Positions 39,468 through 52,544 of a stretch of 63,928 nt of DNA are shown piece by piece. The DNA comes from Chiloscyllium plagiosum (lineage: Eukaryota). Position 1 is the first letter of the stretch. Each line of letters opens with the position of its first letter. The position numbers were made by a program, and so were the translations under genes. The notes below the pieces were generated by a model. That model made no database searches and was not told the DNA's origin. It saw only the letters and a list, made by a program, of their open reading frames with translations. The DNA lies in NCBI RefSeq assembly GCF_004010195.1, contig NC_057753.1, positions 11,183,852-11,247,779 on the forward strand, given 5' to 3'.

Positions 39468-42104
39468 AGGTATCAGATAATTACAGGGTTAGATAGGTGG
39501 ACAGTGAGAGCCTTTTTCCTCGGATGGTGAAGGCTAACATGAGGGGACATAGCTTTAAATTGAGGAGTGATAGATTTAGGACAGATATCAGGGGTAGTTT
39601 CTTTACTCAGAATAGCCTGTCTGCAACAGTAGTAGACTCACCGACATTAATGGCATTTAAATGGGCATTGGACATACATATGGATAATAATGGAACAGTG
39701 TAGGTTAGATGGGCAGATTAATTTCACAGGTCAGTGCAACAGAGGGCCAAAGGGCCTGTACTGTGCTGTAACGTTCTATATGTTCTATTTCCCTCTTCTG
39801 TACAGTCCTACAGCCTCTACACCCTTCTAAGGATTCATTCGACTCCTCCTCTCTATACCTGACAATAGACTTCATTTTTTTCTTACCTAAACCCTCAATT
39901 TCTCTAGTCATCCAGCATTCCCTAACAGCCTTTTCTTTCATCTAACAGGATTATACTGTCGCTGGACTTTTGTTATCTCATTTTTGAAGGTTTCCCATTT
40001 TCCATCACAATTAGCCTTCCTCCAAATTAGAACTTCAACTTTTAGATCTGACCTATCCTTTTCCATCACTATTTTAAAGCTAATAGAATTATGGTCGCTG
40101 GCCCCAAAGTGCTCCCCCACTGACACCTCAGTCACCTGCCCTGCCTTATTTCCCAAGAGTAGGTCAAGTTTTGTACCTTCTCTAGTAGGTACATCCACAT
40201 ACTGAATCAGAAAATTGTCTTGTACACATTTAACAAATTCCTCTCCATCTAAACCCTTAACACTATGGCATTCCCAGTCTGTGTTTGGAAAGTTAAAATC
40301 CCCTACCATAACTACCCTATTATTCTTACAGATAGCTGCGATCTCCTTACAAATTTGTTTCTCAATTTCCTGCTGACTATTAGGGGGTCTGTACTACAAT
40401 CCCAATAAGGTGATCATCCCTTTCTTATTTCTCAGTTACACCCAAATAACTTTCCTGGACGTACTGCCAGGAATATTCTCCCTAATTAGAGTAGTAATAT
40501 TATCCCTTATCAAAAATGCCACTCCCTGTCCTCTCTTTGTCTCCACGCGCCCCCACCTTTCTGTCCTTCCTGTAGCATTTGTATCCTGGAACATTAAGCT
40601 GCCAGTCCTCTCCACCCCTGAGCCATGTTTTTATAATTGCTATGATATCCCAATCCCATGTTCTTACCCATGCCTTGAGTTCATCTCCAATCCCTGTTCG
40701 GCCTCTTGCATTGTAATAAATGCAGTTTAATGTATCAGCCCTATCTCGTTCTCTATTTTGTTCCTTCCTGCCCTGACTGTTTGACTTGCTCACTTTCCCA
40801 ACTGTACCAGTCTCAGATTCATCTCATTCCTCACTATTTCCCTGGGTCCCACCACAACCAACTTATGAGTTTAAATCCTCCCGAACAGCTCCAGCAAATC
40901 TCCTTGCCAGTATATTAGTCCCCTTCCATCCTTCTTGTCCAGGTCAATTCTACCCCAGAAGAGATTCCAACAAATCAAAAATGTGAATCCTTCTCCCATG
41001 CACTAGCTCCTCAGCCATGCATTCTACCCTCCTATTCCTACCATCACTAGCATGTAGCACGGGGAGTAATCCAGATATTACTACCCTCCAGGACCTCCTT
41101 TTTAAATTCCTGCCTAACATTCTATTCAGAATCTCATCTTTTTCCCCTTCCTTTGTCATTGGTTCCAATGTGCACATTGACCTCCTGCTGGTCCCTCTCC
41201 CTTTTGAGAACATTTTGCACCCTCTGAGACATCCTTGATCCTGGCACCAGGGAGACAGCACACCATTCTGATTTTTCATTGCTGGCTGCAGAAACATCTG
41301 TCTGTGCCTCTGAGAAGAGAGTCCCCTATCACAATAAATCAATCGCTTGGATCCCGATGTACCTCTCATTGTATTAGAACCCGTCTCGATACCAGAAATT
41401 TGGCTGTTCGTGCTACATTCCCCTGAGGGTCCACCACCCCCTACACTTTCTAAAACAGCATACTTGCCACAGGAGACTCCCGCATTACCTGCCCACCCCT
41501 CCTACATTTCCTGGGGTTAACCCATCTACCTGACTGCATCTACAACTTTTCTCTCTTGCTATAACTGCCATCCATCACATCCTATAGCTCTTATAAATTC
41601 CTCATTGCCTCTAATTGTTGCTCAAACTGATCCATGCGATCCAATAGGACTTGTAACCAAACACACTTACTGCAAACATAATCAACAATAACATGTAAAC
41701 TCTCCCTAATCTACCTCATCCAACAAAAGAGCATATCACTCTATGAAAGGCCATCTTTGCTCCTCCACACTGGACATACCCAGAAAATAGCACCATCTTT
41801 TTGCTCTAAAAAACAGTGCCTCAGGCTAACTTAGTATTTATGGTTTATATTTTTAAAATTTAATCAAGGGACAGATTTCAATAAAATATAAATAAAAACC
41901 CACTCTGTCACTACTGCAGACTTACAGCAAGGTTACACATTAAACATTATGCACTTATCTGTACCTGATCTCTCCCACACCGGTTCCTCCAAGGTCAGCT
42001 GTCAGTTTTGCTGTTTGTTAATTTTTCTGAGACATACTCCGATGTCCAGTTATTATGCAGATTCACTACTGTGTCAGTTAGCAGGTGTTGGTTTCTTTCT
42101 TTTT

Positions 42105-44150
42105 CTCCCTCATTTTGGACTCCCCTACCCTTGGGAAAAGATCTTGGCTATCCAATCTATCCATGCCCCTTATAAACTTGTATACGGTAACCCCTCAGCC
42201 TCTGGCACGCCAGGAAAAATAGTCCCAACCTATTCAGCCTCTCCCTGTAACTCAAACCATCCAACTCTGGCAACAACCTTTTCCAAACCCTTTCAAAGTT
42301 TCACAACATCTTTCCAACAGCAGGGAGACCAGAACTGAGTGCAATATTCCAAAAGTGGCCTAACCAATGTCCTGTCCAACCGTAATATGATATCCCAATT
42401 CCTATACTCAATACTCTGACCAATAAAGAAAAGCATACCAAACACCTTCTTCACTATTCTATCTACCAGCAATTCCACTTTCAAGGAACTATAAATCTGC
42501 ACTCCAAGGTCTCTTTGCAGCACCTCGCATTTATCTAAATGAAAATCCATCTGTCACTCCTCAACCCATCTGATCAATTCTTATTTATATCGAACTTCCT
42601 TTACTCTCTCATTCCCTGAAAGCTGAGAATCTCCATCCCACACTTTGTCCCCCTATTCTCACTTTGCTAAACCTAAACTCTGCCGTAGCTCATCCTGAAG
42701 AGTCTAGTTCATGCTGATTAACAGGCCCACACTCAGGGGGAGTCTAATTAAAACACACAGAATTGAAAGGCCTGGACAGAGTGGACGCTGGGAAGATGTT
42801 TCAACTGGTAGAAAGACAGCTCACCCTTAGAATAAAGGGAAGACCTTTTAGAACAGAGATAAAGAGAAACTTCTTCAGCCAGATAGTGCTGGAATTCATT
42901 GCCACAGAAGGCTGTGGTGGCCAGGTCACTCAGTAGATTTAAGACTGCGACAGATTCTTGAATGTCAACAGCAGAAAGCTGGAAAATGGGATTGAGAAAC
43001 ATATTGAATGGTGGAGCAGACCTGAATGGCCTAATTTCTGCTCCTATGTCTTGCTGAGCTGGACACAGATTGAGAGAATTGGAAGTAGGAATACGTCATT
43101 TGGCCTTTCGATCCTGCACCAGCACTGAACACCTCACAACTGGATATGAATACACCTACATCTAGGTGGATTGGCTGGGACTTTTTTTCACAGGTGCATA
43201 GGAGGTTGAGAGGTGACCTTATTCAGGTTTATAAAATCATGAAGGGCATAGAGGCGGTGAACGGCAAGTTAGAGTAGACCTTCTTTCCTTAGATTGGGGG
43301 TTTCAGAATTAGCGAGCAAATTTTGAAGGTGAGAGGAGAAAGATTTTAAAAAAGACATGAGGGGCACCTTTTGTTTCCCCACAGACAGTGGTTTGTGTGT
43401 GGAATGAACGTCCACAGGAAGTGATGGATGCAGGTACAATTACAACATTTAAAAGACATTTGGATAAGTACATGAATGGGAAAAGTTCAGAGGGTATGGG
43501 ACAAACACTGGCAGGTGGGACTAGTTTAGATTAAGAACATAGCATGGACTAGTTGCACTGAAGGGCCTGTTTCTGTGCTGTATGATTTTGTAACTGTTCT
43601 ATAATAGCCTTAAAACCATTTTCTTGCCTTCCCTCATAAACATCCACTTCCTTATTGTTTAAAGCTCAGATAAATTCAGCCTTGAATATATTCAATGACT
43701 CCCTTATTCAATGGGCGGCACAGTGGTTATCACTGCTGCCTCACAGCGCCAGAGACCCGGGTTCAATTCCCACCTCAGGCAACCGTGTGGAATTTACACA
43801 TTCTCCCCGTGTCTGCGTGGGTTTCCTCCGGGTGCTCCGGTTTCCTCCAACAGACCAAAAACATGCAGGTCAGGTGAATTGGCCATGCTAAATTGCCCGT
43901 GTTAGGTGAAGGGGTAAATGTAGGGTAATAGGTCTGGGTGGGTTGCTTTTCGGAAGGTCGGTGTGGACTTGTTGGGCTGAAGGGCCTGTTTCCACACTGT
44001 AAGTAATCTAATCTTACTGCAGGAAGACATTCCCACTTCTGAACTTAATTCCTCTTGCTAATAGACCACTTGCCTTGATCATTGCCTGCTGCACCTGTCT
44101 GACAACTGGCAGTGACTGGTATAGAAGGATGCTGAGGCCCCTTTGTACAT
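42105..44150. mobile_element. CR1 3' fragments and HE1-type SINE (43712-44014, +)
   Basis: LVRPLLEYCTQFWSP; SINE head and tail. Confidence 0.8.
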
Positions 44151-44394
44151 CCACACACCATTCCTGATTAAGGGCTTGTGCCCAAAATGTCGACTCTCAT
44201 CCTCCTCGGATGCTGCCTGACCTGCTGTGCTTTTCCAGCGTCATACTTTTCAACTCCAATCTGCAGTCCTCACTTTCTCCACATCCCCATATATTACCAA
44301 ATAAAACCATACCTTTTCTGTCTTTTTTTTTTCCCCCCACAGCAAAGGCTATAACTTCACATTATAGTGGTACTTGCATTTGCCATGTGTTTAC

Positions 44395-44880
44395 CAATTG
44401 AGACACAGACCTGGACCAACTTTTCCAGAGTCTGTCCCCTCCCTGGATTCACTCCCTTTCCTTTCAGTTCGTGCAAGTCAACAGCTGAACCCCAGAATAA
44501 TAAAAAAAAAAGAAATGGAAAAGGGGGAGTGAAGAGAGAGTCTGTACTCACAGATGCTTGGACAGAGGAAGAAAGTTGCAGTCTGGGGAGAAGCTCAACC
44601 TTCATTCAGAGACAAGACAGAAGCAGCAATTCGAGACATTCATGTTCCAACTCCGCATTCAGACAAAGGGGTAGCTCTGATTGACAGGAGGACCCGACTC
44701 CTTCCGGTCTTCCGGGTCTCTCCATTGGTCCTTCATAAGAAAGTCGCCGGCCACTTCCGCCAGGCGCATGCGCTGTATCTTGCTGACACCAGCGCACATG
44801 CGCTGTATCTTGCGGACACCAGCGCACATGCGCAGTGCTTGCTGACACCAGCGCACATGCGCAGTGCTTGCTGACACCCA
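44395..44880 (-). promoter_or_regulatory. Paralogous ZNF promoter/first exon with a 4x ~30-bp NRF1-motif minisatellite (44761-44878)
   Basis: gagtctgtcccctccctggattcactcc matches 31750-31776; ggccacttccgc matches 31863-31874; repeat unit gcgca(ca)tgcgc..cttgctgacacca. Confidence 0.7.
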
Positions 44881-45029
44881 GAACCATGCCCAGTGTGCTC
44901 TGTGGAGATGGTGTTACTGACCGATTCTCAGTGTCCAAATCCCAATAGCAGAGAGAAAAAAAAAAGGCTGGAGCCACAAATTTATTTTTCCCCCGTGGCT
45001 TGACATTTTATTCCTTTTGAATTTTGTCT

Positions 45030-46960
45030 GGCTACTCAACTCTTTTCCCCCAAGGTAGAGGGAGTGCAAAAATAGAGGGCATTGGTTTAGGGTGAGAGGG
45101 GAAAGATTTAAAACGTACCTCGGGGGTAACTTTTTCACGCAGACGGTGGTGTATGTATGGAATGAGCTGCCAGAGGAATTGGAGGAGGCTGGTACAATGA
45201 CAAAATTTAAAAGGCATCTGAATAGGGGAATGTGAGGACTGCAGATGCTGGAGATCAGAGTCGAGAGTTTGGTGCTGGAAAAGCACAGCCGAGCAGGAGA
45301 ATCGACGTTTTGAGCATATGCCCTTCATTAGGAATGGCGCTGGGGGGCTGAGACATAAATGGGAAGGGATTGGAGCTGGGGGTTAAGTAGGTGAGAATGT
45401 GATCGGTAGATGAATGTGAGGGAGAAGGTGATAGGTCAGAGAGGAGGGTGGAGCGGATAGATGGGAAAGGTGATGGACAGGTCAGGAGGGTGGTGCCAAA
45501 TTGGAGGCTTGGGACTGGGATAATGTGGGGGGAGGGCAAATGAGGTGTAATCCACGTTGATCCCATGTGGTTGTAGAGTCCTGTCACATGTGATGTCACT
45601 CCTGCCCAATGGACACTGTTGTACGCCCTATTTTAGCATCACTTTTTAAGAAAGATGGGAGCGAGAAAGCAGGACATTATAGACCAGTTAGTCTGACCTC
45701 AGTGGTGGGAAGGATGCTGGAGTCTATTATAAAGGATGAAATTAGGACACATCTGGATAGTAGTAACAGGATNNNNNNNNNNNNNNNNNNNNNNNNNNNN
45801 NNNNNNNNNNNNNNNNNNNNNNNNNNNNNNNNNNNNNNNNNNNNNNNNNNNNNNNNNNNNNNNNNNNNNNNNNNNNNNNNNNNNNNNNNNNNNNNNNNNN
45901 NNNNNNNNNNNNNNNNNNNNNNNNNNNNNNNNNNNNNNNNNNNNNNNNNNNNNNNNNNNNNNNNNNNNNNNNNNNNNNNNNNNNNNNNNNNNNNNNNNNN
46001 NNNNNNNNNNNNNNNNNNNNNNNNNNNNNNNNNNNNNNNNNNNNNNNNNNNNNNNNNNNNNNNNNNNNNNNNNNNNNNNNNNNNNNNNNNNNNNNNNNNN
46101 NNNNNNNNNNNNNNNNNNNNNNNNNNNNNNNNNNNNNNNNNNNNNNNNNNNNNNNNNNNNNNNNNNNNNNNNNNNNNNNNNNNNNNNNNNNNNNNNNNNN
46201 NNNNNNNNNNNNNNNNNNNNNNNNNNNNNNNNNNNNNNNNNNNNNNNNNNNNNNNNNNNNNNNNNNNNNNNNNNNNNNNNNGCTGGTAAGTGGAGCTGAA
46301 ATGCGCATCAGCCATGATTGAATGGCGGAGTGGACTCGATGGGCCAAATGGCCTTACTTCCACTCCTATGTCTTATGGTCTTATGGTCTTAGGGCCCTGG
46401 TGAGACCACACCTGGAGTATTGTGTGCAGTTCTGGTCTCCAAATTTGAGGAAAGACATTCTGGCTATTGAGGGAGTACAGTGTAGGTTCACGAGGTCAAT
46501 TCCTGGAATGGTGGGTCTATCTTATGTTGAAAGATTGGAGCTACTGGGCTTGTATACCCTTGAGTTCATGCCCTTCTTCAGGAATCTGATTGAGACATAT
46601 AAGATTATTAAAGGATTGGACACTCTGGAGGCAGGAAACATGTTCCCGATGATGGGTGAGTGCCGAACCAGAGGACACAGCTTAAAAATACGGGGTAGAC
46701 CATTTAGGACAGAGATGAGGAGAAACTTCTTAACCCAGAGAGTGGTGGCTGTGTGGAATGTTCTGCCCCAGAGGGCAGTGGTGGTCCAGTCTCTGGATTC
46801 ATTTAAGAAAGAGTTGGATAGAGCTCTCAAGGATAGTGGAATCAAGGGTTATGGAGATAAGGCAGGAACAGGATACTGATTAAGGATGATCAGCCATGAT
46901 CATATTGAATGGTGGTGCAGGCTCAAAGGGCTGAATGGCCTACTCCTGCACCTATTGTCT
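45030..46960. mobile_element. CR1 fragments (+) and Penelope 3' end (45225-45580, -); assembly gap at 45773-46281
   Basis: GHYRPVSLTSVVG; LVRPHLEYCVQFWSP; Penelope terminal repeat. Confidence 0.8.
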
Positions 46961-47079
46961 ATTGTCACTTCTGTTGGTGATGTCATGCCTGATGCTATAA
47001 TCATGCCCACTCAAGGGACCGTCTCCGTCCCCACACCCAGGTCCAGCTCCACACCCAGGTCCTCGCACAGCCCTGCCCT

Positions 47080-49230
47080 GTTTCTGGTGTTCCTCCAGAC
47101 CTCCCACTCACCGAGGATGAATGTTTAGTCCTCAGCAAAGGCCTCACCTTCATCCCTCTATGCTCTCAGATTAATGAGTTTGACATGCATCACAACCTTG
47201 AACATTTCTTCCACCGCCTCTGCCTCTGCCTCTGAATCCACTTCTTCAATCAAGACTCCTGCCCACCCGCTGAGGACCCCTTCCCTCACCTTCAACACAC
47301 CCCCATCTACCTGGACACCCTGTGGTGGCCTGTTACCTACCCTTGACCTCTTCATTTCTATCTTCTGCCGTGACATCTACCGCCTGAACCCACTCCAATC
47401 GCCTGCTCTCACAACACGCAGCCCTCCACTCCAACCCAACCTCACCATCAAACCCACAGACAAGGAGGGGCGTAGTGGCAGTTTGGCGCACCAACCTCTA
47501 CACCGCTGAAGCCAGGCGCCAACTCGCAGACACCTCCTCCTACTGCCCACTTGAACACGACCTCACCTCCCATCACCAAGCCATCATCTCGCAGACCATC
47601 CACAACCTCATCACCTCTGGGGATCTCCCATCCATAGCTTCCGACTTCATTGTCCGTGAACCCTGCACGGCCGGATTCTACCTCCTACAGAAGATTCACA
47701 AACCCGACTTCCCCAGTCGACCTATTGTCTCAGCCTCCTGCTGTCCAATTGAACTCATCCCTGCCTACCTTGATACCTTCCTGTACCACTTAGTCCAGGA
47801 ACTCCTCACCTACATTTGGGACACACCCTTCAATCCTCCAAGTTTTTCGTTTCCCTGGACCCCAGTGCCTCATCTTCACCATGGACATCCAGTCCCTTTA
47901 CACATCCATCTGCCATGACGAAGGCCTCCAAGCCCTCTGTTTTTTCCTCTAATGCCATCCCACCCAGTACCCTTCCACTAAGACCATCATCTGCCTGGCT
48001 GAACTGGTCATCACCCTTAACAACTTCTCTTTCTAATCCTCCCAGTTCCTCCAAAGTGGTAGCCATGGGCACCCGCATGGGACCCAGCTATGCCTGCCTC
48101 TTTTTCAGGTACGTGGAACAGACCATCTTCCGCAGTTACACTGGCACCACCCCCTATCTGTTCCTCCGCTACATCGATGACTGCTTCGGTGCTACCTAGT
48201 GTTCCCTTGAGGAGATTGAACAGTTCATCAACTTCACTCACACCTTTCACCCTGACCTCAAATTCACTCGGACCATCTCGGACCCCTCCCTCCCCTTCCT
48301 GGACCTCTCCATTTCCATGTTCAGCGACCGACTAACCATAGACATCCACTGCTTTTATTCCTGATGAAGGGCTTTTGCCAGAAACGTCGATTTTACTGCT
48401 CCTCGGATGCTGCCTGAACTGCTGTGCTCTTCCAGCACCACTAATCCAAAATCCACTACAAGCCCACCAACTCCCACAGCTACCTAGACTACATATCCTC
48501 CCACCCTACCTCCTGTAAAAACGCCATCCCTCCTCCTCCACCACATCGGTTCCCAGGATGACCAATCAAATCCCAGGTGGCCTCCTTCTTCCAAGATCAC
48601 AATTTGCCTTCCCATGTGATCAACAATGCCCTCCAACACATCTCCTCCACTTCCCACACCTCCACCCTTGAACCCCACCTCTCCAAACTCAACAAGGACA
48701 GAACCTTGCAGCCCACCAACCTCCGCATGCATCACATCATCCTCCACCACTTCCACTACCTACAAACGGACCTCACCACCAGATGTATTTGTCCTTTCCC
48801 ACCCCTATCAGCATTCTGGAGAGACCATTCCCTCCGTGACTCACTCGACGGTGGGACTCACTCCCCCACCAGCCCACACTCCACTCCCGGCACCTTTCCC
48901 TGCCACTGCAGGAAGTGCCAATCCTGCACCCACACCACTCCCCTCACCTCCGTCAAAGGCCCCAAAGGATCCTTCCACATTTGACAGAAATTTACCTGTA
49001 CTTCCACCGATGTCATCTACTGTATCCATTGCATCCGTTGTGGACTCCTCTACATCAGGGAGACAGGATGCCTATTTGCGGATCATTTCAGAGAACATCT
49101 CTGGGCCAATCGCACCAACCAACCCCACCTCCCCTTGGCTGAACACTTCAACTCCCCCCTCCCACTCCACCAAGGACACGCAGGTCCTGGGCCTCCTCAA
49201 TCTCCAAACCCTTATCACCCGACACCTGGA
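47080..49230 (+). mobile_element. Penelope-like retroelement, disrupted RT plus GIY-YIG ORF
   Basis: IKPTDKEG, KIHKPDFPSRPIVS, AMGTRMGPSYACLF, FLRYIDD, then C-x2-C-x2-C and VIYCIHCIRCGLLYIRETG. A nested terminal fragment lies at 48350-48450. Confidence 0.92.
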
Positions 49231-49764
49231 GATATATGAATAACAAGCGTTGAAAGAGATATGGGCCAAATGCTGGCAAATGGGTCACTAGATTAATTTA
49301 ATATATCTGGTCAGCATGGGCAGGTTGTGCTGAAGGGTCTGTTTCTGTGCTGTATGTCTCTACCCACCTATTTCAATGCAAGTTTCAGAAACACATCTGC
49401 AGCTTATTTAAAAAATTGAACAAGTTTTCAGACTTTGACGATGTTTCTGAATATATCATTTTAGCTATTCTTAATTTTAAACATCAGCCAACTCTTGCGC
49501 ATCCTCGTCTCCCAGGTAGAGTCATCACCATCAATTCTTTCTCTTTCTTGAGAAGGACCTGATACGGTGATCAAAGAGGGCTCGAGGCACGAGAGAGGAT
49601 GGGCGGGGGAGAAGGGAGAGAGAATGGAGGACAGAGGGTTGGGGGAGTGACAGCTCAAATCCTACCTTCCTCAGGACTGGTGTCAGTGTCCCACGAACTG
49701 GATCCCACCCCTCCCACAGTAGACTTGGGGCAATCATTTCTCAATATGCACATGGTTAAGGCAG

Positions 49765-50092
49765 TAGAGTCATATAATCGCGCCAGGCCATTTGGCCCAT
49801 CATATTCAGACCAACCTTCCAAACATCACCCGACCGAGACCCACTCATTTACCCTACAGCCCTGCAGTTCCCCATGGCAAACCCACCCTAACCTGTACAT
49901 CTCAGCTCGGCAATCCACCCTAAACTCCAGATCTTTGGGCTGTGGGAGGAAACTGGAGCACCTGGAGATAACCCGTGTAAGATGCAAGGGTGAGAAAATG
50001 TGCCAAAGTCCGCACAGACAGTCACTAGAGGGTGGAATCAAACCTGGCTCCCTGGCGCTGTGTGGCAGCTGTGCTAACCACAGAGCCGCCCA
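49765..50092 (-). mobile_element. Diverged HE1/V-SINE-type SINE
   Basis: ctttgggctgtgggaggaaactggagcacc..ccctggcgctgtgtggcagctgtgctaaccac. Confidence 0.75.
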
Positions 50093-50764
50093 GAGCTTTG
50101 AAGTTCAGCTTTGTCTTTGTAGCTTCCAACTTCTCATGTGCGCTCAGCACAGCCTCTCTCCTCCTGACATTGTTGGACCACACTCACTGCAACCTTGCTT
50201 TTCCCATTTCGTCAGCCCTGAGCAATCGGTTCCTGAATCCTGGCACCAGACAGACACTGATGCCATCTGGCCTCCTGCTGCCAACTGCACAGAACGGAAA
50301 CAATCCCTGTCACTATTCTGTCCCTTACCACCACCTCTCCCTCTTCAACATTGTTCTTATTCCCATCACCCAGCCAGTCAGCTCCTCCCCCTCTGCAGCC
50401 CTCTCTCAGATCCCCCTTACCTGCCAGACTTGCGTTCAAACCCAACACTGGCCACTCACCCAATCAGAAGCTTCTGTTTGCAGGGGAATGACCATCTCCC
50501 AGAATAAAGAGTCCAGTTAAATTTCCACCTTTCCCCCCGCAACGTGTCTGCAGCCTGGCTTCCAGCTCTATCTCTCTGAGCCAAAGGTCCTCCAGCTTGT
50601 GTTTACTCTGGATCACAGCATCCAGAGCCACCCACCTTCTGCAAATAGAAAGACAAGTCCCACCCTACCCTCTCCAATATGTTTGCTTAATCGTTCCTAA
50701 TGGCCGAGCAGAGGCTGATAGCCAAGGTCGAAAGCCATGAGGATGGCCTCAACCAGGACCTTGG

Positions 50765-51563
50765 GTTCATGTCACACTACAGGTGATCCCACTACACTGT
50801 ATACTCCCTGACACACAAACACACAAGCACACATACGTGCACACTCTTACATATTCACACACACACAAAGACCCTCTCTCATACACAGGCTCTCTCTCCA
50901 ACAGACACACATGCACCCCCCCACACTCACAGGCTTATACTTCATCACATACACACACTTTACCAAGCATGCACACACGCAAACACACACTTTCTCAAGC
51001 ACACACTCACATTCTCTCTCTCATGCACGCACAAACACCCCCCTAAGTCTATGGGGTGAATTTGCATTTGCAGAATTATTTTTGCAGATACATTCTATTT
51101 TACTCAAAAAGCACACAATCTGCTGGGAGTCAATCCATGTAATATTTTAGAAATTCCTACTTTCGAAATAAAACCAGTCTGACTCAAGATTGGGATACAG
51201 AAAGACTCTAACCTCACACCTATCATGCACTGTCTGCCCTGAGATGTTATTTCTTTTTTAAACCTGAAGTTACATCGAGAATGTGACTTAAAAGAGGTTC
51301 TGGGATTTACATATTAATGAATTGAAATCTGCTACCTATTGTGAAAATGCAAGAGTTTAGGTTTGTTTAATATATCATTTCAGTTGCATGACACTGTAAT
51401 CGTTTGCGATAAATTCTGTGTCTTGTGATCCTGCTCCACAGCTACCTGATGAAGGAGCAGCACTCTGAGAGCTTGTGCTTCCAAATAAACTTGTGGGACT
51501 ATAACCTGGTGTTGCGTGATTTTTAACTTTGTCCACCCCAGTCCAACACCGGCTTCTCCACAT
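50765..51563 (+). mobile_element. 3' end of a second Penelope-like family with (CA)-rich tract and mutated hammerhead core
   Basis: ctgatgaaggagcagcactctgagagc at 51446-51472 (GAAA changed to GAGA); upstream ..LIAKVESHEDGLNQDLGFMSHY resembles a GIY-YIG C-terminus. Confidence 0.65.
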
Positions 51564-51914
51564 TGTTTCGAGTGAACACAGCCCACACCTCCCAGTGCTG
51601 CCAGTAAACTTTACAATGCTGATGAAGTGATACAGTACCTGCACTCCTGAAAAATTTACAATTTCTAACGATATTAACTATTCATTCACTGTTCCTTCTG
51701 ATACACGACATTGGAAACTTAGTGCTGGAGGCTGAAAGAATTAAGCAGCTTTAAAACAAAAGCCTTTCAATCTCATAGAATTGAATGAGAGTCTGAGCCC
51801 GGCAGTACGATCAGGTAACCTCTATTGTGACCCAACTTTGTTACAGCTTCAGATCTCCCCAGCAAAAAGGCGTAGAAAAAATAGCTTATTTGTTTTTTTT
51901 ATATAGGGCCAACC

Positions 51915-52540
51915 TGACCTCCCAGTCACGGCCCAATTTGACTCCCTTTCTGACATGACCATCCTTGGCTTCCTCTTTTGCCACAGTGAATCAGACTGCA
52001 GATTGGAGGAACAACATCTCACCTTCCGCCTGGGCAGCCTACTGTCAGGGTGAAAGGAAACGCTGGTAGATATAGGGAATGCTGGATGACCAAAGAAATT
52101 GAGGGTTTGGTTAAGAAAAAGAAGGAAGCATATGTCAGGTATAGACAGGATAGATCGAGTGAATCCTTAGAAGAGTATAAAGGCAGTAGGACCCAACATT
52201 GAGTTCTCCAATTTCAAATAATCTGCCTTCCCATTTCCCCGACTCTCTTTCCAGCCACCCCTCTCCCTTCCATTCCTCTGACCGATCCTACATCCAGCTA
52301 CCAAATGGATTCATTCCTCCCATCCACCAACCAGGCTGTACCCTCTACCTGTGTTCACCTATCACTACCTCAGCACTCCACCCCTCTCCCCACCCAAAAT
52401 CCTGCCCCTCACCTCCTTACCTGTAGCTCCCCTTACCCCCACCCCCAGTCCTGAAGAAGGGTTATACCTGAAACGTTGACTTCTCCACCTCCTGATGCTA
52501 CCTGGCTTGTCGTGTTTTTCCAACCTCCTGCTTGTCTACC
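51915..52540 (+). mobile_element. 3' end of a third Penelope-like family with intact hammerhead core, interrupted by a CR1 sliver (52042-52190)
   Basis: RLEEQHLTFRLGSL..NIEFSNFK*; agtc-CTGAAGA-agg gttata cct-GAAA-cgtt-gact at 52447-52481. Confidence 0.8.
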
Positions 52541-52544
52541 ATCA

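Larger units (their letters stand above)
36125..39787 (+). mobile_element. 5'-truncated CR1 inserted in the opposite orientation, itself interrupted
   Basis: DKTPRPDGIYP..PGNYRPVSLTS; continues at 39057-39125 and 39468-39787; tail ttctatatgttcta. Confidence 0.85.
34290..42100 (-). mobile_element. Near full-length CR1 LINE (34290-36120 plus 39788-42100) split by nested insertions
   Basis: 3' tail at 34290; RT motifs [10 protein letters not shown] and FADD; sequence resumes at 39788 with endonuclease (GDFN, SDHN), ORF1 and 5'UTR. Confidence 0.85.

Noticed and set aside
44761..44878. Short ~30-bp repeats as a possible CRISPR array
   Set aside because: The units are head-to-tail with no unique spacers, there are no cas genes, and the context is eukaryotic.
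49599..50507. 302-aa ORF
   Set aside because: It runs through an antisense SINE and decayed repeat sequence, with no recognisable domain.
50783..51046. His/Thr-rich ORF
   Set aside because: It is the translation of a degenerate (CA)n tract in a Penelope 3' region.
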